From an uncultured Bacteroidaceae bacterium (GTDB lineage Bacteria > Bacteroidota > Bacteroidia > Bacteroidales > P3), in contig CAYTZG010000003.1 of assembly GCA_964442435.1 (NCBI GenBank), forward strand, positions 43,802-107,801: a DNA stretch of 64,000 nucleotides, read 5' to 3'. Shown here piece after piece: positions 44,772 to 58,143 of this stretch; within the stretch, counting starts at the first letter, position 1, and each line of letters starts with the position of its first letter. The notes beneath the pieces were generated by a model that ran no database searches, was not told where the DNA came from, and worked only from the letters and a program-made list of their open reading frames with translations. The translations under genes were made by a program, and so were the position numbers.

Positions 44772-45869
44772 ATGGGAATGCTGATATTCTATCTGCTGTT
44801 GGCCCTCGTGGTCTCTTTCGTGTGCTCGGTGCTGGAGTCGGTGCTGCTGTCCGCGCCGCCCTCCTACGAGGAGGTGCTGCGGCAACAGGCCGAGGAGGAG
44901 GCGGAGGGCGAGAAGTCGCGCTCGGCGCGGCGGCGGCTCAAGGACGCGACGCTGTTCGGCCGTATGAAGGCCGACGTTGAGAAGCCCCTGTCTTCCATCC
45001 TGTCGCTCAACACGATAGCGCATACCGTCGGGGCGGCCGGCGTGGGGGCGCAAAGCCTCAAGGTGTTCGGCGACGTCTATGCCGGTCTTACGTCGGCCGT
45101 GCTTACGTTCCTCATCCTCATCCTCTCCGAAATCCTGCCCAAGTCGGTCGGCGCGCGTTACTGGAAAAGCCTCATCGTGCCGTCCTGTTACGTTATCCGC
45201 GTGTTGGTCTGGATTTGCTATCCGCTCGTGTGGCTGTCGGAGGGCGTCACCTACCTCGTCACGCGCGGCAAGAGCGAACCGACCGTCAGCCGCCAGGAGG
45301 TGGAGGCGGTCGTCAACATGGGTTCCAAAGAAGGCATCCTGCAGGCCGGCGAGGCGCAGACGTTGCGCAGTATGCTGGCGTTCCGCGACTTAAGGGTGCG
45401 CGACATCATGACCCCGCGCATGGTGGCGGTCACGGTCAGCGAAAACATGACGTTGCGCGATTTCTTCTACAAGAAAAACTATCTCAAATACTCGCGTATT
45501 CCCGTTTACAAGGGGCAGAACCCCGAACACATCACGGGCTTCGTGTTGCTCAAAGACGTGTTTACGGGCGTGGCCGAAGATGATTTCGACAAAAAGCTGC
45601 TGGCCTTGAAGCGGCCGCTTTCCATCGTGTCGGCCTATCAGCGCGTGCCGGGGCTGTGGGAGCGGATGCGCCGTCGCAAGGAACAGATTGCGATGGTGGT
45701 GGACGAATACGGCACGTTCGTGGGCTTGGTCACGCTCGAAGACCTGATAGAAACGATGCTTGGCTACGAGATTGTGGACGAGAAAGATACGATTACCGAC
45801 CTGCAAGCCTACGCGCGGCGCAAGTCGTCCGAAAAGCAAGACAAGACCGATGACAAAGACCGAAATTAA
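44772..45869 (+). CDS. CNNM/HlyC/CorC-family transporter-associated protein (DUF21 + CBS pair)
   Basis: 365 aa. The N-terminal TM region carries LESVLLS..., ..LSSILSLNTIAHTVGAAG.. and then CBS domains (VRDIMTPR..MV.V.., ..YSRIPVY.., ..IAMVVDEYGTFVGLVTLEDLIE). Confidence 0.8.
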   Translation: MGMLIFYLLLALVVSFVCSVLESVLLSAPPSYEEVLRQQAEEEAEGEKSRSARRRLKDATLFGRMKADVEKPLSSILSLNTIAHTVGAAGVGAQSLKVFGDVYAGLTSAVLTFLILILSEILPKSVGARYWKSLIVPSCYVIRVLVWICYPLVWLSEGVTYLVTRGKSEPTVSRQEVEAVVNMGSKEGILQAGEAQTLRSMLAFRDLRVRDIMTPRMVAVTVSENMTLRDFFYKKNYLKYSRIPVYKGQNPEHITGFVLLKDVFTGVAEDDFDKKLLALKRPLSIVSAYQRVPGLWERMRRRKEQIAMVVDEYGTFVGLVTLEDLIETMLGYEIVDEKDTITDLQAYARRKSSEKQDKTDDKDRN

Positions 45870-47070
45870 ATATCCGCTGAGGTGGTATCGGGCCGCCATC
45901 GGCCTCTTTTTCTTTTTGCAGGGCACGGTTTTCGCCACGTGGTCGGCGCGGATTCCGGACATCAAGCAGGCCTTGCAGCTCGGAGACGCGCGGCTCGGCA
46001 CCATATTGTTCTTCTTTCCGTTGGGGCAGCTGGTCTCGGTGCCCCTTTCCGGCTATCTGGTACAGAAATATTCGAGCCGCGCCATGTTGCTGTGCGTGGC
46101 CTTGCTTTACCCGTTCAGCTTGGTGGGCATCGGCCTCATGCCCACGGCGGGCGCTTTGGCCGCCATGCTGTTCCTGTTGGGCGTCGTGGCCAACCTGCAC
46201 AACCTCTCGGTCAATACGCAGGCCGTGAGCCTTGAGAAACGCTACGGCCGCAGCATCATCGGCACGTTCCACGGCCTGTGGAGCCTGGCGGGCTTCGTGG
46301 CCGGGCTCACGAGCTCGTTTTTAGTCGTGCGCCACGTGGCGCCGCTTTGGCATTTCTGCGGGGTGGCGGTCTTCGGTCTGCTCGCCGTGCTGTCGCTCAA
46401 CCGCTTCCTGCTGCCGGAAGACCTACCCGCCGCGCCCGCCGACCCGCAGTCCGATGGCCAAGCCGGGGCCGCGCCCGTCAAGGAAAAGGCCACGTTCAAC
46501 ATCTTCAAGGGCATGGACCGCTACCTCTGCCTGCTCGGCTTTCTGGCGTTCGGCTGTATGCTGTGCGAGGGGAGTGTTTACGACTGGTCGTCCGTCTATT
46601 TCGAACAAAGCCTGCACGTGGCGCCGGCGTGGATACGCGCGGGCTATACGGGCTGTATGCTGGCCATGGCGTCGATGCGTTTTCTGGCCGACGGCTTGGT
46701 CAACCGCATCGGGGCCGTCAAGGTGGTGCGTATCAGCGGCTTCGTCATGGCTGTCGGCTTCCTTACCGCCGTTCTGTTGCCCTACCTCGTGCCGGCCACC
46801 GTCGGCTTCGTGCTCGTGGGTTTGGGCGTGTCGTCGGTGGTGCCCGTCTGCTACGGCATGGTCAAGGGCAGCCGCACGATGAGCGCCGGCCGCGCCATCA
46901 ACGCCGTCTCCACCATCGGGTTCTTCGGCTTCGTGGCCGGCCCGCCCGTGGTGGGCTATATCTCCGAATGGCTCGGTATGCGGCTCGCGTTCGCGCTCGT
47001 CGCCTGTATAGGCTTGCTCACCGGCCTGCTTGCCGGCCGGTTGGAGCGCCAATCTAAAACAATTCGTTGA
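45850..47070 (+). CDS. MFS transporter
   Basis: About 406 aa from the ATG at 45850 (MTKTEIKYPLRWYRAAIGLFFFLQG..), with 12 predicted TM segments. It overlaps the upstream gene by 20 nt. Confidence 0.75.
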   Translation: MTKTEIKYPLRWYRAAIGLFFFLQGTVFATWSARIPDIKQALQLGDARLGTILFFFPLGQLVSVPLSGYLVQKYSSRAMLLCVALLYPFSLVGIGLMPTAGALAAMLFLLGVVANLHNLSVNTQAVSLEKRYGRSIIGTFHGLWSLAGFVAGLTSSFLVVRHVAPLWHFCGVAVFGLLAVLSLNRFLLPEDLPAAPADPQSDGQAGAAPVKEKATFNIFKGMDRYLCLLGFLAFGCMLCEGSVYDWSSVYFEQSLHVAPAWIRAGYTGCMLAMASMRFLADGLVNRIGAVKVVRISGFVMAVGFLTAVLLPYLVPATVGFVLVGLGVSSVVPVCYGMVKGSRTMSAGRAINAVSTIGFFGFVAGPPVVGYISEWLGMRLAFALVACIGLLTGLLAGRLERQSKTIR

Positions 47071-48448
47071 TTCCCACGTAGAATTGGGGCTTACCCTTGT
47101 AGAAGCCCATGTCGCCGCGAATCGTGAACGGCAGGCTTGTAAACGGCTTGAGCCGCAGCCCCACGCCGTAGGTTATTTTGCCGAAGCTCCAGGCCTCCGC
47201 CAGCGTGGCTCCCACGTCGCCCGCGCAGCCGAAGATGGCGAAGCCCAACCATTTCCAATAAAAGCGGTATTCGGCCTGAAACGCCATCATATGCTGGTCT
47301 ATATAGCGGTCTTTGAGGATACCGCGGGCATAGCGCCGGTCGGCCATGCGCGGCAGTTCCTGAAACGGGATGTCGTCGCCCATGGCGCTGCTCGCCACCA
47401 GGTTCACCGCAATCACATGGTCTATTTTCTGTTTCGCTTGCGGAATGTGGAAATAATAGCGCACGTCCATCGTCAGTTTGCCGTACTGGCCGCTGAAGTC
47501 GCGGATGGGCGTGTTGTAGAGCGCGTCAAAGCTGATGAGGGCGCCTTTCAGCGGCCGCGTGTTGTCGTTGCGCGTGTCGTAGATGAGCGACAGCATCGGG
47601 CCCACGCCCATGGCGATGTCCTGTCCCGGAATCGTCGTCTGCGTCAATAAGCCCTCCGTTGCCGACAGCACGTAATAGAAGAAATAGCGGCCCCCGAAGC
47701 CGAGGAACACCCCGTGCCCCACGTCGTAGGTCAGCCGCAGGTCGGCCGTGGTGATGAGTTCGTTGTAAGTCTCCTTGTTCTCGTCCGGCGTGTCGCCGCC
47801 GATGCCCCAAAACCAACTCGGCCAGTAACCCATATATACGGAGCCTTTCAGCATAAGCCGGCGGTTGAGGAAATACAGTTCGGGCGTCAGTTCCAACGAA
47901 AACTGCTTCAGAATCGAGGCGTTCAGGCCGATGAGCAGGTTGGAGCGGCGGCCGGCGATAAGATTTTTCTGCGCCGCCGGCAAGTCGGTATGCGTCAGCC
48001 GCTTGTCCATGTCATCGAAAAAGAACTGTCCGCCCAACGTAAAGGCCAAGGACGTGGAGGGCGTGTAGTACGCGCCGGGGCCTAATACGAAGGCCACCTT
48101 GCGTGGCTTGAAGTTGGGGTCGTCCGCGCTACCCGCCGTATTGCTGAAAATCTTGGCGAAGTTAAACTTTTTTCTCGGTCGGACCGCCTCCGCCGTCGTG
48201 TCCAGCGCCACGGCCGTTTCCGTCTCCGACGTCACCGTCATCGCCGAGTCCGTCACCACAACGTTTTCCGCTGCCGAATCCGCCGCGACGACAGTATATA
48301 TATCTGCCGTCTGCGCGCTGTCCGCCATTTGCACGCTGTCCGCCGTCTGCGCGTGCCCCGCGGCAACCAACGTCATACAATACAACAGCAGGCCAAGGAC
48401 GCACCGACGCCCCTGCCTGCCGTCGCTATAAGGCACGCTCAACCGCAT
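47054..48448 (-). CDS. Omp85/BamA-TamA-family outer-membrane protein (surface antigen D15 barrel)
   Basis: 464 aa. Signal peptide, Ala/Thr/Asp-rich N-terminal repeats (ADSVQMADSAQTADIY..), beta-barrel pattern and a terminal ..FYVGINELF. Confidence 0.65.
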   Translation of the reverse strand: MRLSVPYSDGRQGRRCVLGLLLYCMTLVAAGHAQTADSVQMADSAQTADIYTVVAADSAAENVVVTDSAMTVTSETETAVALDTTAEAVRPRKKFNFAKIFSNTAGSADDPNFKPRKVAFVLGPGAYYTPSTSLAFTLGGQFFFDDMDKRLTHTDLPAAQKNLIAGRRSNLLIGLNASILKQFSLELTPELYFLNRRLMLKGSVYMGYWPSWFWGIGGDTPDENKETYNELITTADLRLTYDVGHGVFLGFGGRYFFYYVLSATEGLLTQTTIPGQDIAMGVGPMLSLIYDTRNDNTRPLKGALISFDALYNTPIRDFSGQYGKLTMDVRYYFHIPQAKQKIDHVIAVNLVASSAMGDDIPFQELPRMADRRYARGILKDRYIDQHMMAFQAEYRFYWKWLGFAIFGCAGDVGATLAEAWSFGKITYGVGLRLKPFTSLPFTIRGDMGFYKGKPQFYVGINELF

Positions 48449-49851
48449 TAAAACTCAGCGTTTTGAGGATAACGCGGGAACGGAATCACATCGCGGATAT
48501 TCGTCATGCCCGTAATGAACAGCAACAGCCGTTCAAAGCCGAGGCCAAAGCCGCTGTGCGGCGCCGAGCCGAACCGGCGCGTGTCCAGATACCACCACAT
48601 ATCCTTGTCCGGGATATGCAGCTCTTCGATGCGTTTCTGCAGTTTATCCAAGTTCTCTTCCCTTTGCGAGCCGCCGATGATTTCGCCGATTTGCGGGAAA
48701 AGCACGTCCATGCCGCGCACCGTCTTGCCGTCGTCGTTCTGCTTCATATAAAACGCCTTGATTTCCTTCGGGTAGTCGGTCAGGATAACCGGACGTTTGA
48801 AGTGTTTTTCCACCAAGTAGCGTTCGTGTTCGCTCTGCAAGTCCGTGCCCCAGTCCACCTTGAATTCGAACTTGGCGCCGGAGCTCTTGAGGATATCTAC
48901 GGCCTGCGTGTAGGTCAGCCGTTCGAAGCGCGTTTTCAAAACCCCTTCCAGGCGGTTGATGAGCTCCTTGTCGTACATATCGTTGAGGAAGCGCAGGTCA
49001 TCGCCGCAGTGTTCGAGCGCGTAGGCCGTCAGGTATTTCAAAAATTCCTCGGCCAAATCCATATTGTCCTCTATCTCGTAGAACGCCATTTCCGGCTCGT
49101 TCATCCAAAACTCGGCCAAGTGGCGCGGCGTGTTGGAGTTCTCGGCGCGGAACGTGGGGCCGAACGTGTAGATTTTAGACAACGCCATCGCGCCCAATTC
49201 GCCTTCCAACTGGCCCGACACCGTCAGGCTCGCCTGACGGCCGAAGAAATCCTGGCTGTAGTCTATCTTGCCGTCCTTCATCGGTAGCTTGTCGAGCGGC
49301 AGTGTCGTCACTTGGAACATCTCGCCGGCACCCTCGCAGTCGGAGGCCGTGATGAGCGGCGTATGCAGGTAGTAGAAGCCGCGTTCGTGATAGAACGTGT
49401 GCAGGGCGTAGGCCATCTCGTGACGCAGGCGCAACACGGCGCCGAACGTGTTGGTGCGGGGCCGCAGGTGGGCGATTTCGCGCAGGAATTCAAGGCTGTG
49501 GCCTTTCTTCTGCAACGGATAGACCTCCGGGTCGGCTTCGCCCAGCACGTCAATGCTGTCGGCCTGTATTTCCACGCTCTGACCCTTGCCCATCGACGGC
49601 ACCAAGCGGCCGTTGACGCAGAGGCAGGCGCCGGTCGTGATGCGTTTCATCAGCTCCTCGGGGAAGGCCGGCGCGTTGAGGTCGGCCACCACTTGGATGG
49701 TCTGCACGCAGCTGCCGTCGTTCAACGCAATGAACGCCACCTGTTTGTTGCCGCGTTTGGTTCTTACCCAACCCTTTATCTGCACGGGGCGGCTTTCGCC
49801 CTCGGCCAAGGTCAGGCCTATGAGTTTCTTTATTTCCGTATGGGTCAGCAT
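48448..49851 (-). CDS. asnS: Asparagine--tRNA ligase
   Basis: 467 aa. OB-fold N-terminus ([23 protein letters not shown]) and class II motifs ([31 protein letters not shown]). Confidence 0.92.
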   Translation of the reverse strand: MLTHTEIKKLIGLTLAEGESRPVQIKGWVRTKRGNKQVAFIALNDGSCVQTIQVVADLNAPAFPEELMKRITTGACLCVNGRLVPSMGKGQSVEIQADSIDVLGEADPEVYPLQKKGHSLEFLREIAHLRPRTNTFGAVLRLRHEMAYALHTFYHERGFYYLHTPLITASDCEGAGEMFQVTTLPLDKLPMKDGKIDYSQDFFGRQASLTVSGQLEGELGAMALSKIYTFGPTFRAENSNTPRHLAEFWMNEPEMAFYEIEDNMDLAEEFLKYLTAYALEHCGDDLRFLNDMYDKELINRLEGVLKTRFERLTYTQAVDILKSSGAKFEFKVDWGTDLQSEHERYLVEKHFKRPVILTDYPKEIKAFYMKQNDDGKTVRGMDVLFPQIGEIIGGSQREENLDKLQKRIEELHIPDKDMWWYLDTRRFGSAPHSGFGLGFERLLLFITGMTNIRDVIPFPRYPQNAEF

Positions 49852-49878
49852 AACAATCGTTTCCTTTCTGTCTTTACT

Positions 49879-53018
<3,140 letters not shown>

Positions 53019-53228
53019 ACGCTTTGTATAAAGTTGATTTTTAATTGTTTCTAAAAATAATTTTCGGGCGGTGGTAAAATATCTGTCCGCCGCCGCAGGG
53101 TATAAAAAACCCAGCCGGAAAATCTTCCCGGAACTTGCAAAAATAAGCATTTCCTCAAAAAAACACAATTGGTTAAAAAGGTATGAAATAAAATCACTAT
53201 CTTAGCGGCGAAATTAGCGTCAAAAACC

Positions 53229-53519
53229 ATGCTGACAACCGATATTTTAAATAGTCTCAAAAATTATAAGGCCGATAAATCAATGGTTTACGGCATTGAG
53301 GCGTTGGGCTTGTTCGGCAGTGCCGCCCGAGGCGAACAGACGGCGGAAAGCGATATCGACGTTTGTGTCAAACTCAATCCGCCGTCCTTTTTCAACCGGA
53401 TGGCCATTCAAGAAGAGTTGGAACATCTTTTTCATTGCAAGGTGGATGTAATATCCTTGGGTGCCGTCATGCGGCCTTTTTTCAAAAAAAATCTGGAAAA
53501 AGATGCCATTTACGTATAA
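53229..53519 (+). CDS. MNT-type nucleotidyltransferase antitoxin
   Basis: 96 aa with the motif GLFGSAARGEQTAESDIDVCV. Confidence 0.75.
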   Translation: MLTTDILNSLKNYKADKSMVYGIEALGLFGSAARGEQTAESDIDVCVKLNPPSFFNRMAIQEELEHLFHCKVDVISLGAVMRPFFKKNLEKDAIYV

Positions 53520-53928
53520 GGAACGGATTTTGGATATGCTTGATTTTGTGAATAATCAAGCAGCATTCATAGAGAAAACCACGGCACAGGTAAAATCCGC
53601 GGACGATTTCATGTTGGATCCGGCCGGCGTTGTGTTATACAACTCCACTTGTATGTGCTTGCAAACCATAGGGGAAACACTGAAAAAAGTGGACGCGCTT
53701 ACCAAGCAGCAATTTTTAGCGGTGTTTTACCCTCAGATTCCATGGCATGGTATTTTCGGTCTGCGAAATATCATCGCGCATGAATATGAAAATACGGAAC
53801 CCGAAGAAATCTATCATATCATCAAGTCGGAATTACCGGAATTGTATCGTAATGTACAGAAAATCACGGATGATATTGCCGGTGGGATGCATGATGCTTT
53901 TTGGGCGGAAATGAGAGAGCGGAATTAG
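53503..53928 (+). CDS. HEPN (DUF86/HepT-like) ribonuclease toxin
   Basis: 141 aa from the ATG at 53503. R-x4-H motif in GLRNIIAHEY. It overlaps the MNT gene by 17 nt. Confidence 0.75.
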   Translation: MPFTYKERILDMLDFVNNQAAFIEKTTAQVKSADDFMLDPAGVVLYNSTCMCLQTIGETLKKVDALTKQQFLAVFYPQIPWHGIFGLRNIIAHEYENTEPEEIYHIIKSELPELYRNVQKITDDIAGGMHDAFWAEMRERN

Positions 53929-53952
53929 AAAAAACGAAAAAAGTCGGAAAAA

Positions 53953-54297
53953 GTGACGGTAGAAGTTTTAAAATCGAAGATTCACAGGGTGGCTGTGACG
54001 CAGGCCGATTTGAATTACATCGGCAGCATCACGATAGACGAGGCCTTGATGGAGGCCGCCGGCCTGTTGGAAAACGAGCGCGTTTACATTTACGATATCA
54101 ACAACGGGGAACGCTTCGACACCTATGTCATCAAGGGCGAAAGAAACAGCGGCGTCATCGGATTGAACGGGGCGGCCGCCCGCAAGGTGGCCGTGGGCGA
54201 TCTCGTCATCATCGTGGCCTATGCGCAAATGACGCCCGACGAGGCGGCGCGGTTCCAGCCGCGGATTGTTTTCCCCAAGAACAACAAGTTGGTTTAA
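53953..54297 (+). CDS. panD: Aspartate 1-decarboxylase
   Basis: 114 aa. [24 protein letters not shown] (Gly-Ser self-cleavage site) ..ERV.IY.INNGERF.TYVI.G.. GTG start in the track. Confidence 0.9.
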   Translation: MTVEVLKSKIHRVAVTQADLNYIGSITIDEALMEAAGLLENERVYIYDINNGERFDTYVIKGERNSGVIGLNGAAARKVAVGDLVIIVAYAQMTPDEAARFQPRIVFPKNNKLV

Positions 54298-54329
54298 AGT
54301 CGGTTAAGCGTTTTGACGTTTCCGCATCG

Positions 54330-54355
54330 GCGCGAGTCCCATCGCGCTTTTTTTT
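54330..54355 (+). terminator. Rho-independent terminator after panD
   Basis: gcgcga-gtccca-tcgcgc followed by tttttttt. Confidence 0.6.
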
Positions 54356-54375
54356 GAATTTCTGAAGGAGGCTAT

Positions 54376-56781
54376 ATGGCATTATTGGATAAGTTGAACG
54401 AGCGTCAGCGGCAGGCGGCCGAGTGTACCGAAGGGCCGGTCATGATTATAGCGGGGGCGGGCAGCGGCAAGACGCGCACGCTCATGTACCGCATCGCCCA
54501 CCTGTTGGAAATAGGCAACGACCCGTTCCGCATCATGGCGTTGACGTTCACGAACAAGGCCGCCGAGGAGATGAAGGACCGCATCGCCGACTTGATAGGC
54601 CCTTCCGCGCGCAGCCTTTGGATGGGCACGTTCCACTCCATTTTCTGCCGCATCCTGCGCGCCCATGCCGAACGGCTCGGCTACGAAAAGACGTTTACGA
54701 TTTACGACACCGACGACAGCCGTAACCTCCTCAAAAACATAGCCAAAGAGAAGAACCTCGACCCCAAGCTCTACAACCCCAAGATGGTGGGGGCGCGCAT
54801 CTCCATGGCCAAGAGCGCGCTCGTGGGCCCCGCCGACTACGCCCGCAACGCCGCCTTGCTCGAAGAAGACCGCATGATGCAGCGGCCGCAAATCGCTGAA
54901 ATATATACCGAATACCAAAACCGTCTGTTCCACGCCGGCGCGATGGACTTCGACGACCTGCTGTTTCAGACCAACGTCCTGTTGCGTGACCATCCCGACG
55001 TGCTGGCCAAATACCAGGAGCACTTCCGCTATATCATGGTCGATGAGTATCAGGACACCAACTTCGCGCAATATCTCATCGTCAAAAAGTTGGCGGCCAA
55101 GCACCGCAATATCTGCGTGGTGGGCGACGATTCGCAGAGCATCTATTCGTTCCGTGGCGCCAACATACAGAACATATTGAGTTTCAAGGCCGACTATCCG
55201 GAGTCCACCACCATCGCGCTGGAGCAGAACTACCGTTCCACGGGCACCATCGTCAAGCTGTCGAACGTGCTCATCGAAAACAATAAGGGCCGTATCCCCA
55301 AAACCATTTGGACGCAGAACGACGAAGGCTGCCTCGTCAAGCTGCTGGCCGCCCCCACCGACGAGGAGGAAGGCCGCATGGTGGCGCAGCAGATTTTCGA
55401 AACCGAGATGAACGAGCGCGTCCATCACCGCGACTTCGCCATCCTCTACCGCACCAACAACCAGAGCAAGGCCATGGAAGACGCGCTGCGCCGCATCAAC
55501 ATCCCGTATCGGATTTACGGCGGCCAGAGCTTCTATCAGCGCAAGGAAATCAAAGACATGGTGGCCTATTTCCGCTGGGTGGCCAACCCGCGCGACGAAG
55601 CCTGCCTGTTGCGCTGCATCAACCTGCCCGCGCGCGGCATCGGCGACACCACCATCGACCGCCTGCGGATACTGGCCTCCGCCAAGGGCTGTGCGCTGTT
55701 CGACGCCATCGCGCTGTTGAGCGACCCGGCCGTGAGCGCCGAGGCGGGCCTCAACGGGGCGGCCGTGGCGCGGCTGTCCCGCGTGCGCGACATGATTCTG
55801 AGCCTGCACATCCGCCTCTCCGACACCGACGCCTACACGCTGGCGGCCGACGTGTGGAAGCACTGCGGCATCGAGCAGGAATACAAGCAGGAAAACACGA
55901 TAGAGAGCGAGGCGCGTTTGCGCAACGTGGAGGAATTGCTCAACGCCGTGCAGGAGTACGTAGAGCGCGAGCACTTCGAGGTGGACGAGGAAACGGGCGA
56001 GATGCTACCCTACGAGGGCATCGTCACCTTAGATCGCTTCCTGCAGGAAATCGCGTTGCTGACCGATATGGACGAGAAGAAAGAGGACGACGAGCACGGG
56101 AGCGACGTGGTAACGCTTATGACCATCCACGCGGCCAAGGGCTTGGAATACCCCTATGTGTTTGTGGTGGGCTGCGAGGAAGACCTGTTCCCGTCCGAGA
56201 TGAGTTCGGCCACGCAAGAAGATTTGGAGGAGGAGCGGCGGCTGTTTTATGTGGCCGTCACGCGTAGCGAACGGCAACTATTCCTCAGTTTCGCGCGCAA
56301 GCGGATGCGCTGGGGGCAGCGCAACGACACCAAGCCCAGCCGGTTCCTTTCCGAAATCGAACGGTCGGGCTGTTTCGAGAACCCGCAGGTGTTGAAGGCG
56401 CCGGCCGCCGTGTTCATCGACGACGATGAGGAGCGCGGCGCGTGGGGCGGCTTCGGGGGCTTCGGAAGCCGGAGCGGCGGGCGCCAAACCCCCGCGCCCG
56501 TTCGACCCGTAGAGCCCCGCAAACTCAAGCGAATCAGTGTCGCCCCAAGCGGCAGTGTGCAGGGCCCAAGCCCCGCCGTGCCCGCCGCGCCCAATGGCGG
56601 CGCGCAACCCCAAGGCGGCTATGCGGCCGGCCAGCGCGTGGCCCATGCCAAGTTCGGCCTCGGCACGCTCGTCGAAATACAGGGCGCGGGCAGCGACCAG
56701 CGCCTCATCGTCAAGTTCGACAGCCTCCCGCAGCCCAAAACCCTGCTCACCGCCTTCGCCAAGTTGCAGATTGTGGGGTAG
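54376..56781 (+). CDS. UvrD/PcrA/Rep-family ATP-dependent DNA helicase
   Basis: 801 aa with SF1 motifs: AGAGSGKTRTL, VDEYQDTN, GDDSQSIYSFRGA, LEQNYRS, TIHAAKGLEYPYVF, and YVAVTRSE. Tudor-like C-terminus. Confidence 0.88.
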   Translation: MALLDKLNERQRQAAECTEGPVMIIAGAGSGKTRTLMYRIAHLLEIGNDPFRIMALTFTNKAAEEMKDRIADLIGPSARSLWMGTFHSIFCRILRAHAERLGYEKTFTIYDTDDSRNLLKNIAKEKNLDPKLYNPKMVGARISMAKSALVGPADYARNAALLEEDRMMQRPQIAEIYTEYQNRLFHAGAMDFDDLLFQTNVLLRDHPDVLAKYQEHFRYIMVDEYQDTNFAQYLIVKKLAAKHRNICVVGDDSQSIYSFRGANIQNILSFKADYPESTTIALEQNYRSTGTIVKLSNVLIENNKGRIPKTIWTQNDEGCLVKLLAAPTDEEEGRMVAQQIFETEMNERVHHRDFAILYRTNNQSKAMEDALRRINIPYRIYGGQSFYQRKEIKDMVAYFRWVANPRDEACLLRCINLPARGIGDTTIDRLRILASAKGCALFDAIALLSDPAVSAEAGLNGAAVARLSRVRDMILSLHIRLSDTDAYTLAADVWKHCGIEQEYKQENTIESEARLRNVEELLNAVQEYVEREHFEVDEETGEMLPYEGIVTLDRFLQEIALLTDMDEKKEDDEHGSDVVTLMTIHAAKGLEYPYVFVVGCEEDLFPSEMSSATQEDLEEERRLFYVAVTRSERQLFLSFARKRMRWGQRNDTKPSRFLSEIERSGCFENPQVLKAPAAVFIDDDEERGAWGGFGGFGSRSGGRQTPAPVRPVEPRKLKRISVAPSGSVQGPSPAVPAAPNGGAQPQGGYAAGQRVAHAKFGLGTLVEIQGAGSDQRLIVKFDSLPQPKTLLTAFAKLQIVG

Positions 56782-56840
56782 TATAATGGTGTTAGCGATA
56801 TTTTTACTATATTTGCAGGTTTGAAACAACTTAAAGGAAT

Positions 56841-57365
56841 ATGTTACGGAACAACATCATAAAGGGTCTGACGGTGGCGCTTTGTCTGTCGGCGGCGCTC
56901 CTGCTGGGTGCCTGCTCGCTTTCCAAGGCCGAGCGCACGGCGCGGCAGTTCTTGAAAGCCTACTATGTGGAGTTGGATTTCGACCGCGCGTTGGAGCTCT
57001 CCACCGAAGACTCGCACCAAGGCATTTATTACAAAAAGAATATGACGGCGCTCTCGCCCTATGCCAAGGATGAGGTGCCGGCATTGGAGGTGTTGGACGT
57101 GATTATCGACCCCGACGACGGCAATTATGCCTATTGCGCCTACGAAATCAACGGCCAGCCCAAGATGTTGCCGTTGCAGAAGCACGATGGCAAATGGCTC
57201 GTCGATACCGACAGCGAGGCCGTTGAAGGTTCGATGAGTTCGTCCGCTTCCGGGGTTTCGGAAATCGGTTTCGCTTCGGCGGCCAGCAGCGAAACTTTGC
57301 CCAAGACGGGGCCGGGTCAACGGGCGCGTGAAGCGCGCGAACGCGAGGCGGCCGCCAAAAAATAA
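56841..57365 (+). CDS. Hypothetical lipoprotein
   Basis: 174 aa. Lipobox LLLGAC, TATATTTG -7 box about 35 nt upstream, no family recognised with confidence. Confidence 0.5.
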   Translation: MLRNNIIKGLTVALCLSAALLLGACSLSKAERTARQFLKAYYVELDFDRALELSTEDSHQGIYYKKNMTALSPYAKDEVPALEVLDVIIDPDDGNYAYCAYEINGQPKMLPLQKHDGKWLVDTDSEAVEGSMSSSASGVSEIGFASAASSETLPKTGPGQRAREAREREAAAKK

Positions 57366-57407
57366 AAGGTAAATTCAATAGAATCAATACTTAAAAACCC
57401 AATAGAT

Positions 57408-58082
57408 ATGAAAGCTTTGAAATACGGTTTGACCTTGATGTTAGGTCTGAGTATGTTAGGTTTCGGCGCGCGCTTGCAGGCGCAAGTGGCTTCCGGACAG
57501 ACGGCCGACGTCGTGCCGGCCACCCCGGTGGCGTTGCCGGACGTGCCGCCCGCCGATGAAAATGAAGATGAACAGGAAGAAGAGCAGCCGCAACGCGGTA
57601 TGGTAACGCCTAAGCCCATCGAAGACATGGTATCGCGAGGCGAATATGCCCAGGCCGTAGCGGAATTTGAGAAATATATGAAAACGGCGAGCGGAGACCC
57701 TTGTGATTTGCTTTATCTGCCTTATAGTTTTTACGACAGATTGCAGTTTGAAGACACCGCCAATACGGCCGTTCATAAAGAAACGAGAGATAAATATCTC
57801 GCTAAATTCTATAAAACCTGCAGCAATTCACCGGAAGTCTATGTGCTTAAAGATAGAATGAGTGACCCGAGAACGCCCGAATCGACGTTGGAATATATGA
57901 ACAAGGCGCTTGCCATCGACCCGAATTACGCCCAGTTGTATTCGATGCGCGGTGATGCCTTGTGGGCCTTGGGACGTAAGGAAGAGGCCTGCGCCGATTT
58001 CAAGAAATCCCAAGAGTTACTCAATGACTCGTATTCGAAGCGGTTCCTTGAAGAGAATTGCAACGCAGAGAAGGCTGAATAA
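57408..58082 (+). CDS. Secreted TPR-repeat protein
   Basis: 224 aa. Signal peptide, an acidic linker (ENEDEQEEEQ), and TPR-like C-terminal helices (..NKALAIDPNYAQLYSMRGDALWALGRKEEACADFKKS). Confidence 0.55.
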   Translation: MKALKYGLTLMLGLSMLGFGARLQAQVASGQTADVVPATPVALPDVPPADENEDEQEEEQPQRGMVTPKPIEDMVSRGEYAQAVAEFEKYMKTASGDPCDLLYLPYSFYDRLQFEDTANTAVHKETRDKYLAKFYKTCSNSPEVYVLKDRMSDPRTPESTLEYMNKALAIDPNYAQLYSMRGDALWALGRKEEACADFKKSQELLNDSYSKRFLEENCNAEKAE

Positions 58083-58107
58083 CACGCCGGATATATTATC
58101 AAACGAA

Positions 58108-58143
58108 AGTCCCCTGCATGATGAATGCAGGGGACTTTTTTTA
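58108..58143. terminator. Bidirectional terminator (12-bp perfect stem)
   Basis: agtcccctgcat-gatga-atgcaggggact followed by ttttttt, between convergent genes. Confidence 0.7.
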
